The notes under the pieces are model-generated. The model was not told the DNA's origin. It made no database searches and saw only the letters and a list, made by a program, of their open reading frames with translations. Of a DNA stretch of 64,000 nt, positions 9,460 to 20,500 are shown piece after piece. Where the stretch lies: IMG/VR virus record IMGVR_UViG_3300001485_000138, positions 22,675 through 86,674 of that record. The stretch is one strand, 5' to 3'. Each line of letters begins with the position of its first letter. Positions within the stretch are counted from its first letter, which is position 1. Both the position numbers and the translations under genes were made by a program. This DNA is from a virus (lineage: Duplodnaviria > Caudoviricetes).

Positions 9460-9861
9460 ATGAAAGAAAGTGGATATTATCCTCCAGGAGCAGAGTTTGA
9501 TTCTCAAGCACCTTGGAATTACAAAGAACCCAAGCCCATGAATTTCTATATGTCTGTCTCACAATCTCTCAGTAAGTCAGTGAAAGTATCAACAAGCGAC
9601 TATGAGCCTGTAGTAGAAAAGGAAATGGATGATACAGGAGGATACTACTATGAAACTCAAGACACTTCCAATACTGACTGGAAAGCTGTATATGAAAACA
9701 ACAGACATGAAACTCCGATGAAGCTTATAGAAATCCTGAAAGAAATGCTGATAATGTATAAAGAACATGGATTAGTATTTGGTTCACCTGCATATACAGA
9801 ACATCTAATTGAGGAATGTGATAACTGGACTGATGACGAAACAGAATTTATAGGAGAATGA
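9460..9861 (+). CDS. conserved phage hypothetical protein
   Basis: 133 aa with a YYPPGAE...APWN N-terminus, recalled from Bacteroidetes phages. Confidence 0.7.
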   Translation: MKESGYYPPGAEFDSQAPWNYKEPKPMNFYMSVSQSLSKSVKVSTSDYEPVVEKEMDDTGGYYYETQDTSNTDWKAVYENNRHETPMKLIEILKEMLIMYKEHGLVFGSPAYTEHLIEECDNWTDDETEFIGE

Positions 9862-9862
9862 T

Positions 9863-10117
9863 ATGAATGCTTTTATTTGGTTTGCAGCAGTATTACTGTT
9901 ATTTGCACTGATAATTCTTATAGATATTATCTCTATAAACTATAAGATATATCGTACACACAAATGTCCTAACTGTGGTAAATACATGGAATTCTCACAT
10001 ATTAAGAAACTGTCGACTTTCAACATGTATGTGTTCAAATGTCATTCATGTGGTACAAGAGATGAAGTAGAAGAAGATGTACTTGCTGATAAAATAGCAA
10101 ATATTCCTAAGCTATGA
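9863..10117 (+). CDS. membrane-anchored Zn-ribbon protein
   Basis: Hydrophobic N-terminus followed by CPNC...CHSC. Confidence 0.65.
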   Translation: MNAFIWFAAVLLLFALIILIDIISINYKIYRTHKCPNCGKYMEFSHIKKLSTFNMYVFKCHSCGTRDEVEEDVLADKIANIPKL

Positions 10118-10302
10118 AGACAAAACAATTCCTGCTGGTAGAAGAAGCAACAGGAGCTATTGAAGGATTTTATCCTAACGACATGCTCCTTGTTGCTATA
10201 AATGATGCTCAGAAGAAAGAAGGAAAATACTATGTGATTGCTGATGATGAGTATGCTACAATAGTATATGACTCTCAACCAGGAGTATCCTATAAAATCT
10301 AA
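10114..10302 (+). CDS. hypothetical protein
   Basis: 62-aa ORF with an ATGA overlap. Confidence 0.65.
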   Translation: MKTKQFLLVEEATGAIEGFYPNDMLLVAINDAQKKEGKYYVIADDEYATIVYDSQPGVSYKI

Positions 10303-10305
10303 AGT

Positions 10306-10334
10306 AGTAAGTGCAGCAAGATTTGGTATTGCTG
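10306..10334 (+). repeat. family-1 hairpin element, copy 4
   Basis: AGTAAGTG-CAGCAAGA-TTTGG-TATTGCTG (one mismatch). Confidence 0.85.
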
Positions 10335-10354
10335 ATAAAAATTTTATTATAATC

Positions 10355-10792
10355 ATGATATTCAAAGATAAAGGTATTATAGAAGAACATATAAACCAAA
10401 TCTATCCAAACATCTTAGTAGTAGCATTTGGAGACTTGGAACAGGAGGTAAATAAATATTATAAACCTTATGATACAGACTATAATTGGATAGCTAAACC
10501 AAGAGAAATTTCCAATGCTGCTACATATCAGATAACAAATAAAAAGACATTGGATAATGGTCTGCTTGTATGGTTTTCCTCAATGGATAAATATTCAACA
10601 AAGACATTATGTCATGAGTCTGGACATGTAGCTCTTGAAATGTTTGCGTATATAAAGGAGAAAATAAGTACAGAATATCAAGAACCATTCTGCTATCTCC
10701 TCGGCTATATAGGCAAGTGTATCAACAATACATTCTACAAGTATAAAGAATATTTAGAAAAGCAAAAAGAAATCAATAACACTCAAAAGTAA
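10355..10792 (+). CDS. HExxH zincin-like metallopeptidase-fold protein
   Basis: LCHESGH (10613-10627) followed by EPFCYLLGY. Start moved to ATG 10355, downstream of hairpin copy 4. Confidence 0.65.
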   Translation: MIFKDKGIIEEHINQIYPNILVVAFGDLEQEVNKYYKPYDTDYNWIAKPREISNAATYQITNKKTLDNGLLVWFSSMDKYSTKTLCHESGHVALEMFAYIKEKISTEYQEPFCYLLGYIGKCINNTFYKYKEYLEKQKEINNTQK

Positions 10793-10816
10793 GTGCAAAG
10801 AGATTTGGTCTCTTTG
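10788..10816 (+). repeat. family-1 hairpin element, copy 5
   Basis: AGTAAGTG-CAAAGAGA-TTTGG-TCTCTTTG. Confidence 0.9.
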
Positions 10817-10828
10817 ATAATTAACTAT

Positions 10829-11824
10829 ATGAAACTGATAGAATCAAAAGCAGAATACATACCTCAAGAAGAAGGTCTTGAAGGTATTTATAAACAAATA
10901 GAACTTGCTGGAAGAACAGCCTATCACTCTCAAGATAAAATTACTCCTACATCCGCAAAAGATTTTGTTGATAAGATGATTAAATCAAAGCACGGGGCAG
11001 CCTTAGAGCATGGTACTGTGTATTTGAAAATACCTATCCATGAAATGAGATATGGTTTATTATTTTGGATAAATTCCTCCAATATATTTTATGAGAATAA
11101 CCCGTTTTCAAAAAGTATAAATGATAGAATATTTAAGTTATCTCCAGAGGATAATGCTTATATAGTAACTAACTATAGAGTTATTGTAGAAAACAGCAAG
11201 CTTGATGACCTTCAATATCTTTGCTCTCCTACTGAGTTTCATGAAAAAAGATATACCATGAGATTTACTTGTTCAAGAGCTATTGCAAATGAGCTGGTAA
11301 GACACAGAACCATGTCATTCCTTCAAGAATCAACCAGATATATCAATTATTCTAAGGAATGTCATGGAGGTGAGATTAACTTTATTAAACCTTCTTGGTT
11401 TAAAGAAAACCTATTATCAGTTGATTCAACAGTAGCACAACCATCTGACACTAATGGTGCTGTTTTCTATGAAAGACCATATAAGACTTATTATTTAGAT
11501 GGTACAGAGACTGATGGTTTTGATTGGGATAAAGAAGACTTTTTCATTCATAGTTGTCAAACAGCAGAGAGGTGTTACCTCCTTATGTTAGAAGAAGGTG
11601 CTACTCCTCAGCAAGCAAGAGATGTTCTTCCCAATGCTACTAAGACAGAGTTAGTGGTCACTGGTTTTGCCAGTGATTATAAACATCTTTTTGACCTCAG
11701 GTTATTTGGCAAGACAGGAGCCCCTCATCCAGATATGACTGACCTTATGCAGAAAGCTCAAGCAGCTATGCAAGAAGCTGGTATATGGAACGACATTATG
11801 AATAAACCATCTAAATTTGAATAA
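10829..11824 (+). CDS. thyX: flavin-dependent thymidylate synthase
   Basis: HGAALEH, ELVRHRTMSFLQESTRY, ARDVLP and HPDM motifs. The GTG at 10793 lies inside hairpin copy 5, so ATG 10829 is preferred. Confidence 0.9.
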   Translation: MKLIESKAEYIPQEEGLEGIYKQIELAGRTAYHSQDKITPTSAKDFVDKMIKSKHGAALEHGTVYLKIPIHEMRYGLLFWINSSNIFYENNPFSKSINDRIFKLSPEDNAYIVTNYRVIVENSKLDDLQYLCSPTEFHEKRYTMRFTCSRAIANELVRHRTMSFLQESTRYINYSKECHGGEINFIKPSWFKENLLSVDSTVAQPSDTNGAVFYERPYKTYYLDGTETDGFDWDKEDFFIHSCQTAERCYLLMLEEGATPQQARDVLPNATKTELVVTGFASDYKHLFDLRLFGKTGAPHPDMTDLMQKAQAAMQEAGIWNDIMNKPSKFE

Positions 11825-12224
11825 ACCTATGACTCCACAAAAATTCAAAATCCTTTCCCAATCACTCTATGGCAAAGGGTATAAGAAATACAACCAACAA
11901 TGGCATAATGAAGACTATGTAATAGGCAAATCTTTCCTTGTAGGTATGAACCGATGGGAAGAAAATAGAGCACCGTATATTATAACATTAGCCATTTATG
12001 ACTATACTTTACATCCTGAATTCTTCACCAGACTGCCAGACTGTAAGAAAGACCGTGTAGGAATATCTATTTATATTACAGTGTCAAGGACAATAGAAGA
12101 AGTAATAGAGATGCAAATAGGGTGGATTGACGATACTACTACAATAGAAGAAGTAGAATCTACTGCCAAATCCTTTTATGAGTTTATATGTAAAACCTAT
12201 CCTGAACCAAGAAAATATGAGTAA
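11817..12224 (+). CDS. hypothetical protein
   Basis: 135-aa ORF overlapping the thyX stop. Confidence 0.7.
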   Translation: MNKPMTPQKFKILSQSLYGKGYKKYNQQWHNEDYVIGKSFLVGMNRWEENRAPYIITLAIYDYTLHPEFFTRLPDCKKDRVGISIYITVSRTIEEVIEMQIGWIDDTTTIEEVESTAKSFYEFICKTYPEPRKYE

Positions 12225-12528
12225 AGTAGTATTTATCACCAATAACTCTCCTGAGATAAGAATTAAACTCTCGGAAGAGGGCTTTATTCTATGCCCATGT
12301 GCAGCATTCAAGGATGCTATATGGTTAGATTATGACCCAAACTCACCAGCTCCTAACTATATACATGGAGAAGGATATGCTGATGAAGGGGATATAGGCT
12401 TAAATCTGTCACCTCTTGATAGAATACACAGAAGATTAGAACTGAAAGGGTACTACTCTGAAGAAAAGGAGTTCTACCCTAATGCAGAAGAGTTTTTAGA
12501 ACATTATAAACCAAAACAAATAGGATGA
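12217..12528 (+). CDS. hypothetical protein
   Basis: ORF coupled to the upstream stop; ATG 12217 preferred. Confidence 0.7.
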   Translation: MSKVVFITNNSPEIRIKLSEEGFILCPCAAFKDAIWLDYDPNSPAPNYIHGEGYADEGDIGLNLSPLDRIHRRLELKGYYSEEKEFYPNAEEFLEHYKPKQIG

Positions 12529-13073
12529 TGGAAGACTTTGAAATAGTAGGATGGCCTGATGTACAAAAATATATGGAATTAGAGGGGTTTTATGAGCACT
12601 CATCCCTTATTGAGGAAAACAATTTTATGGGTATAGGTGATTCTACCTACCTTATAGATAAGGAATGGATAAGAAGATTACAAATTAAATTTTATAAAGA
12701 TAAATATATGAATTTCGAAAGTTTTAAAGCTTTCTTAAAACGTATACATCTTTGTGATATTAAAGCTCTTCATATACAAAAAGAAGGCTCAGAAACAACG
12801 GAGTGTTGTATTTTTAGATGTACCAGATTTGACTGTGAAAATATTATTTTGTACAGGAAGAATGAAAACAGTAGCGTAGAAACAATACATTGTAAAAAAC
12901 CACGCTTTGAGAATGATGCTAAAAGTGCTTATGATAAAATTACTGAAAATGATAGGCATAAAATTCTCAATCCTAAATTTGCAAATGAACTAATAAAGTA
13001 TCATGATAACTCTAAAACTATTCAACAACCTGCCTCCTTCAATCAGAAAGAAGATAGCCAAGGTAGTGTTTAA
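12525..13073 (+). CDS. hypothetical protein
   Basis: 182-aa ORF with an ATGA overlap. Confidence 0.7.
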   Translation: MMEDFEIVGWPDVQKYMELEGFYEHSSLIEENNFMGIGDSTYLIDKEWIRRLQIKFYKDKYMNFESFKAFLKRIHLCDIKALHIQKEGSETTECCIFRCTRFDCENIILYRKNENSSVETIHCKKPRFENDAKSAYDKITENDRHKILNPKFANELIKYHDNSKTIQQPASFNQKEDSQGSV

Positions 13074-13227
13074 CCACATGAGTGACTCCTTTCAACAGGA
13101 AATGTCACAGCCTTTCCACCATAACTTCGACTATGATGGTGGGCATTGGTACAAACTTATGCTTAACCACTGTACCTACAATAAAACAAAAAACCAGATT
13201 TCAGTAACCCTAACTTACAACATATAG
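13003..13227 (+). CDS. hypothetical protein
   Basis: 74-aa ORF whose TAG overlaps hairpin copy 6. Confidence 0.6.
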   Translation: MITLKLFNNLPPSIRKKIAKVVFNHMSDSFQQEMSQPFHHNFDYDGGHWYKLMLNHCTYNKTKNQISVTLTYNI

Positions 13228-13254
13228 TAAGTGCAGAAAGGTTCGGCCTTTCTG
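13226..13254 (+). repeat. family-1 hairpin element, copy 6
   Basis: AGTAAGTG-CAGAAAGG-TTCGG-CCTTTCTG. Confidence 0.9.
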
Positions 13255-13273
13255 AAAAAACCAAGCAAAAACT

Positions 13274-13705
13274 ATGAAAGAAATAAAACAAGAAGTGACA
13301 AGTACCTACACTGCCTATCAAGCAGAAGATGGTACAATCTTTAAATCATCAGAAGAATGTCGGAAATATGAATCCTCAGCAAGAGCTGTCCTGTTAGGAA
13401 GACTCAAGAAACTCATTGTAGCAGATAAGAATAAATGGGACCTTCTTGGGGGTATGGATGACCACACAGTACATGCAGTCAAACTCAACACAAAGGAAGA
13501 TGCCAACACACTTCTACAATTTCTGTATCTTGAGTGTCCTTGGTTCTCTGATGAGCGTAGGAAAGAAATAGAAGTTATAGTAGATACCACACAGAAAAAT
13601 AAAGAAGTCATTCTTCTTGGTGAAAATTGTGAGGGTACATATTACTTCATAAACTCCCGCCAAAATATCATTGAGGGTCTTAACCATCTTACAGAAAATA
13701 AATAG
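13274..13705 (+). CDS. hypothetical protein
   Basis: 143-aa ORF with an A-rich leader. Confidence 0.75.
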   Translation: MKEIKQEVTSTYTAYQAEDGTIFKSSEECRKYESSARAVLLGRLKKLIVADKNKWDLLGGMDDHTVHAVKLNTKEDANTLLQFLYLECPWFSDERRKEIEVIVDTTQKNKEVILLGENCEGTYYFINSRQNIIEGLNHLTENK

Positions 13706-13739
13706 TAAATAATAAATAGTAAATCGTCAAATAGTAAAT
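13700..13739 (+). repeat. three copies of AAATAGTAAAT
   Basis: Exact 11-mers at 13700, 13714 and 13729. Confidence 0.85.
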
Positions 13740-13745
13740 AAGATT

Positions 13746-14318
13746 ATGCCAAACTGGGCTTCTGTATCCTACAGAATCGTAGGACCTAAAGAAATATTAC
13801 AAAAAGTATATGATGCTGTACAGTATCCTATGATAGAAGAAGGCTCAAGTGAAGATTGGGAAGGTAATGTACTAAAAACCCTTAAACCTGACTGGAAATG
13901 CCCTGAAGGGGAATCTATACGAGGATTCATACAATACTTTGATTTACAAAGATTAGATGAATGTGAATATATAATCTTAGATGCTGATGAAGCATGGGGC
14001 TTAACATGTTTCCATGAAGAACTCAGCAAGATATTCTCTGACCTTAACATCTTCTATATAGTTGAAGAACCTGGACTTGAAGTATATCACACTAATGATG
14101 TTGAAGGTGTATTCTTTCCAGAAAGATTATATGTAGATGCTTGTATTGATAATGACTATTATTCTGAATACTTCCAAACAGAGAAAGATGCCTATCATTA
14201 TATCGCAAAGATAACCAAAGGTGCAATCAAAAGCAAGGATGACCTTGAGAGATTCAACAAAGATAACACCAATGAAAATGATTTCATAAGCGTTCATGAG
14301 TTTGAAATTGATGAGTAA
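13746..14318 (+). CDS. YubB/DUF1281-like ferredoxin-fold protein
   Basis: MPNW N-terminus, DADEAWG and YIVEEPG. Confidence 0.55.
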   Translation: MPNWASVSYRIVGPKEILQKVYDAVQYPMIEEGSSEDWEGNVLKTLKPDWKCPEGESIRGFIQYFDLQRLDECEYIILDADEAWGLTCFHEELSKIFSDLNIFYIVEEPGLEVYHTNDVEGVFFPERLYVDACIDNDYYSEYFQTEKDAYHYIAKITKGAIKSKDDLERFNKDNTNENDFISVHEFEIDE

Positions 14319-14342
14319 GTGCTTCAAGATTCGGTCTTGAAG
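14314..14342 (+). repeat. family-1 hairpin element, copy 7
   Basis: AGTAAGTG-CTTCAAGA-TTCGG-TCTTGAAG. Confidence 0.9.
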
Positions 14343-14375
14343 TAATCCCAACTACCTATTGGTAGAACATTCCAC

Positions 14376-14413
14376 AGGAGAGGGAGATAACAAGTGTATT
14401 TGCCTCTCCTTTT
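14376..14413 (+). terminator. intrinsic terminator closing the small-gene block
   Basis: AGGAGAGG...CCTCTCCT stem followed by a T run. Confidence 0.65.
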
Positions 14414-14496
14414 ACCAATCCTAATAACAACTAACAAAAATCCTAAACAACACTAAGATTTAGCTTAAACTGTTTTGTTATATAAACATTAAGCTG

Positions 14497-14504
14497 TATC
14501 TTTG
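14497..14504 (+). promoter_or_regulatory. Bacteroidetes -7 promoter element (TATCTTTG) upstream of the RNAP gene
   Basis: Matches TAnnTTTG, 20 nt before ATG 14525. Confidence 0.7.
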
Positions 14505-14524
14505 TGCTAATAAATTCAACAGAC

Positions 14525-17500
14525 ATGAACAAACTGATTTGCTATACAGTAAATAAGCATATTGATGGCTACATAGCATCAAGATTTGGATGGAAACCTG
14601 AATATAAGGAAAGAGGTATGAGTCCTTATACAATAGCTTCGCTCAGAGGTGTATATGACCAGTATCATCCAGAGAATCATCTATTAGATGATAATAAGAC
14701 AGAGTTTACTGATGAGGAGCTTGAGGAAGCTTATAAGAAATTGGCTGAATTCAGAAGAGTTATCAACAGTACTACAAGACAGAAGCTTGCAGGAAATCTT
14801 AAAAGAATGAATGAAGCTTTTGACTCTCTCAGACATGCTTTTACTGTAGAACAACGTAAGTCAAGAATATCATATCTAACAGCAGCCTTTTCTTCTGAAG
14901 TAGACAGACTGATGAGAGGCAATAATTTTGATAGGGATAACCTGATCAATGGTTTCTATACTACTACTGGAGAATATGTAGGAGGCCCACTGGCTATATT
15001 CAGTTCTGTCTATAACCATATAGCATATCTCAGGCAAAACTACTACAGCAGATACAAAAATGCTGAATTAGGATTTAACAAAGACAAGGATAAGCTCAAC
15101 TTTGCATTTGCTCCAACAAATGTCGAAGAATATAGAACCCTTATGAAAGAAAGGTATGAAGCATATTCTTCTATCCTTGAACACTGGGAAGAACTCCTTC
15201 CTTTTGTCTTCAAGAACCTTATGGTTACTGAAGGGTTAAAGATGGGCATAAAAAATGAGTATGCTACTGCTGCAAGTACTGACTCTTTTGGAGAGAATGA
15301 TATAGCTGCTAAATGGGAAATATCTGAATCTAAGAGAGATGGATGGCAGGAAAATTCTGACTTACAAAGTGCATTTGGTTCTGTAGGAAAACAAGTAAGG
15401 AGGGTTTTAGCTACATGTCCTGAATTAGTACCTGTACCTGTAGAGGATGCTGCTGGTAATGTTGTAAGGATAGAGTATAAGATTGCATACGATGACTTAG
15501 GTAATGTGAAATTCAGAGACCCTGTTGAAACTCATCAGGCTATTATAGAGATGCTGCGTGGAGTACAAAACTCCGATGACATGTATAAAAGACTTGTAAA
15601 AGAAGGTACAAATAATGCTAAGATACCTTGGATGCAGCCTGTAGTAAACTTACTGTCAGACCCTACAGTTAGAACTCAGTTCTTTGTGGATTTCAGAAGA
15701 GTTTTCCAACCTTATTCTGCATCTTTTGAAGATAAGGAGTCTTCAAGTAACTTTATAAAGAAAGTAAAAACAAGAATCCTGAACAGACCAACTAACATGC
15801 TCCTTGGTAAATTTAAGACCCTTATGTCAAAGAAAGGAGTTTTACCAAAGAGTGTAAGGATGTGGAAGACTAAAACTGTATTCAAGCCAGGTAAAGAAGG
15901 AGGAACTATAAACTGGGAAAGACTGGTAGAAGTTAAGAAAGCTGTTCAGAAGTGGGTAGTAGCTGATAAAAATAAAGGTATATTCAGTGAAGCTCCGCTC
16001 ATAGACAGGGGTGAAGGGATCACTATAAATATCGAGGGTAAGAGTCAGGAGGTCACACATGATTTGAAGAGAAAGTTTCTTATGGAAGTATTTACATCTT
16101 TTGGTTTTGATGTGCTTCCAGATACTGTGGAGAGTATACTTCTTTCACCTGATATTTATGAGGTAAAAAGACAGCTGGAAAGACTTTTCTCTGATAACGG
16201 AGGTATTAAGTTTGCCATGAATGGTATTGGTGAAATAGCAACTGAACATTATGGTAAAATTAAAATATCTGATAGATATGGTACACTCTCTAATCCAAGT
16301 AAGTCTAAAGAAGATAAAGAAGAAGCAGAAAAGGCTTTGGATGAAGCCAAACTGACAATGCAGAAACTTTATGGTACTAAACGTAATGACGGATATCCTG
16401 TAGCTGACTGCATAGAAAAGCTGCTCAATATAATCAACAAACATCAAGAAGGTTATAGAGTGGAATCAAGAGTCAGATATATGGACAATACTTTGTATTC
16501 CTTTGTGTCCCCTTCTTATTTAGGAGACAGACTTGAGGCTATTGAAGCCTATGTTAACAATAATGATAAAGCAGGATTGAAGTCTTTCTTGGAGAAAGAA
16601 TATCTTAGAAGCCCATACTTCGTAGATGATGAATGCCTTGTTAATGGCCCTGATACTAATGGCAAGGGAATACTTAACATGTGGGTCAGGGAGCTGTATG
16701 CTGCATGTCAGAATAATAATGTACCACTCAGTGATTCTGTAGCAGCTATATTCTCTTTTGAAAGAAATCTGGGCAGTGACATCAAGAAGTTTGAAGACTT
16801 TACTGCAAGAGAACATGGTGTAGATATGCTCATACATTTCTTTGCAGATGAACAGCAAGGTAAGACATTTGGAGGAAGAAATAAGAAAGACTTAAATAGA
16901 AGACTGTCTGCTTTATTCCCTGTCTTTGTACTGGGTGATGCTGGTGTAAGTAAATACATCAGGGCTCCAAGAATAACAAGTCCTCATAGTGTAGATGCTG
17001 AAGGTAACAAAACAATAGAAGAGGATAAGATAAAGGGAGTTGCATTTGAATTTGACAACTATGCTAAAAGGGATGTGCTGGAGAATTTCTACAATGTGTT
17101 CACACAGGAAATGCGTCGCATGGACTTGGATAAGATTATAGCAAAGTCATATACTCTGTATGCCAATGGAAAACCTGTGGAACATGGTGAAAGGGAGTTC
17201 TCTATACTTACATTCCTCAACCCTAACTCTCAAGAATATAAGCCTGAGTATAATCCTTTCAATGCTGATGGTACTGCTAAGAGCAAAGATGAGATTATGG
17301 ATATTATCAACAAATATCTCAATGATGCTACTGAAAGATTTACCAATAGACTTGAGAAACTTGGTGTATTAGATACTACTACAGTTGGTAATACGCAGGT
17401 ATTAAGACACTTGAGCAGTATTGCCAATCCAAGTAATATCGGCAGTAAGATTGAGGAGTTCTTCTGGAACACTAAACTTGCTACTATACAGCAGCTACAA

Positions 17501-20500
17501 ATGATGACCATAGACCCTGCTTTCTATGCTAACACCAAGGACCTTCAGAAACGATATAAGGAAATTCATGCTCCTGGCTCTATACTGGATGTCAGAGCTA
17601 TAGATATCTATGCTCCTAATGCAGGAACAAGATACTCTGATGGTATAGAAAGAGTTGTGTACTTTGATGATTTGTCACTCAATGCAGAGGTGTTTAATCC
17701 TGAGTTCATGGAAGCGATCTTAAGAAATTTTGCTGCACCAGGTGTTACCAAAGAAGATATAGACCAAGCAGTAGCCGATAATATCTTGTCTCCAAGGGAT
17801 TCTAAGGAAGAAGAAACGAAGAGAATAAACAGGCTGTCTGAGTTATTAGGAAGTAATTATAAGATTTATGATGTCTATATGAAGAACTCCCTCACTGATG
17901 GTCAAGGTTACAGAACTCTTCATAGCTACCGTAAGGTTATGGGTATGGCTGGTAAGTGGACTCCTGAAATGCAGAGTGCTTATGAGACCATCATGAACAT
18001 CAGAAATACCCATGCTATATGGGAGAATGGTAAGATAGTGGACTATTCAGAACTTACAGATGAGGAAATGAAACAGCTGGGAGACCTTGCTGTCATATTC
18101 CAACCTATAAAGCCTTATATGTTCACACATGAAACTATACCTGTGGAAGTAAACCTCAAAAAAGATGGTAAGACTGTTGTTGGTCTTGATGAAAAACCTG
18201 TTACTAAAAAGACAGTTCATTATATACCTGTACAACATAAGTATGCTGAAGCTGTAATCATACCGGAATTACTTCCTAAAGGACATAAACTCAGAGACCT
18301 CGGATATTGGATGGATGAGAATAATGTGGATATGATTGGTTCTACCAAGATTGCAAAGGTAGGTGCCTATGGACAAGCTGACTTCAGTGATGTAAAGGAT
18401 AAGTCTGACTTGTATGGAAGACTTAACAATAGCTCTGTTGTAATTCATTCTCTTGACTATAGTGACTATAGAATTCAGACTAATGTTCCTGAGCATATCA
18501 ACTCTTCACAACTCTTTGGTACTCAAATAAGAAAGCTGATAATGGCTGGACTATTAGACTCTAAAGACTACTCTGATTACATTAACGGACATGTGGTCAA
18601 TCTTGAAGCAGGAGATGGAAGAAACACTGAAACAAGATTGTTAGGCAATAACCTGCTGGCTTTCTATAACAGCTTGCATACTGCAAATATCATGGACTCT
18701 TACAATATATTTGCTAATAATGCTACAGACATAATCAAGATGGCAGAACTCTTACAGCAAAGTACTGTCACTTCCATGAGAGAGGCTATGGATAATATCC
18801 TCTCCTATGTTGTAACTGGCTCTGAGAAAGAACTGCAAAGATTCCTCATTCCTCTGTTTGAAGGGGGTCTTGAGCATGACTCTGCTGCTCTCATACTTTC
18901 TACTTTTAAGAAGATTGTCAACAAGCAGCAAATATCAGGTGGTTCTGCTGTTCAGGTTTCTGCATTTGGAATACAAGGGTATGAAGAGGATGGAGACCTT
19001 AGGTATGTTACTGACCCTGACAATGCTGCCAATGTCTTGTATGCAGAGGTTGAAATGCCATTCGACAAGTCTATTACTGTAGATGTAGCAACTAAAGATG
19101 GTACTGTTAAAAAGCCGGTAAGTCTGAGTTATGATAAGTATTGTTTCCATGATGGTCATTTAAGACCTATGGATAAGGCTCTTGAAAAGGGAACAAAGGA
19201 GTGGAAAAAATATCAGTCATACACTTATAAAAGGGTAGATGGAAAACTTGTACCTTGCAAGTACAATGACCCTCAAGCTGAGGTACACAAACCTCTTATA
19301 GAAGAAGAATACCCTGATTGTCTTAGTTTCATAGCATACCGCATACCTACAGAGCGTGCTTACTCCATGATGAATTGTCAAATCAAGAGGTTCACATCTA
19401 AGGTAGCTGGTGGTACTATCAAAGTTCCAGCACAAGGTACTACTATTGCAGGTTTTGACTTTGATATTGATAAGCTCTACTTCATGCTGAGAGAATACCA
19501 CAAGCATTACAAGAGTGAGATGTATGTAGAAAATAACTTCTCTAATAAGGACAAGCAGGATATATGGAATAGAGTTTATGAAAAATATCCAGATGTAAAA
19601 GTAGCACTCATAGCTGCAAGAAGCACTGCTGAATTCCAAAATCCTGAACTTACTACAGATGAAAGTAAAAGACCTGCTCTCAACTCTTACTGGGAGGCTG
19701 CTGATATTGAAGCAAGATTTGGCCTTAACAAAAGGACTGCTTTTGCCGAAGCTGCTTTGGAGTTAGATATAAAACCTACAAAGAACGTAGTTACTGGAGA
19801 AACATCTGAATGGTTAGAAACCTATGACTTCAGTAAGACTCCTGAAGAAAATACAAGAGCTTCGAGGAATAACATACTTATATCTCTCATACAAGCAAGA
19901 CTTATGGATGCAGATACTATGAATGCAAGATACACACCAGGTGGTTTTGATAATGCTTCAAGAGCTGCAAGATTCATGAGGGAACTTATGCATGGAGATA
20001 TGGAAGGTGTTACAAAAACCAATGGTTCTCAATACACAGCTATTTATATAAATGAGATATTGAAAAGGTATGACGACAAGAAAGCTCAAGACCCTGAGCC
20101 TAATTATGACCCATCTGACCCTTATACTATTCTCTACTATAACCAGCAGAATCAGATTGCAGGTAAGCTGATTGGTATATTTGCCAACCAAAACACTAAC
20201 CATGCATTTGTATCTGCTATGGAGTTATTTGAGTTGAAAGAACCAATAGAGTTCTGTGGGCATAAATTCAAAGACCTGCTACATAAGAATACTCCAATGG
20301 CTGCGGAAATTGATACCAATATGGCTAATTTCCTGGGTGCTGCTGTAGATGCAGTGAAAGACCCTACACTGAACTTCCTTAATCTTAACACTGTAACTGC
20401 TGATGCAGGAGCTATGTTGGCAAGACTGGGATATAATCTTAGGGAGATAGGTCTCTTATTCAATCAGCCTGTTATAAGAAAGGCATGTGAAGAGGCTTTG

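Noticed and set aside
9571-9583. AGTAAGTCAGTGA as another family-1 copy
   Set aside because: It lacks the C after GTG and has no hairpin.
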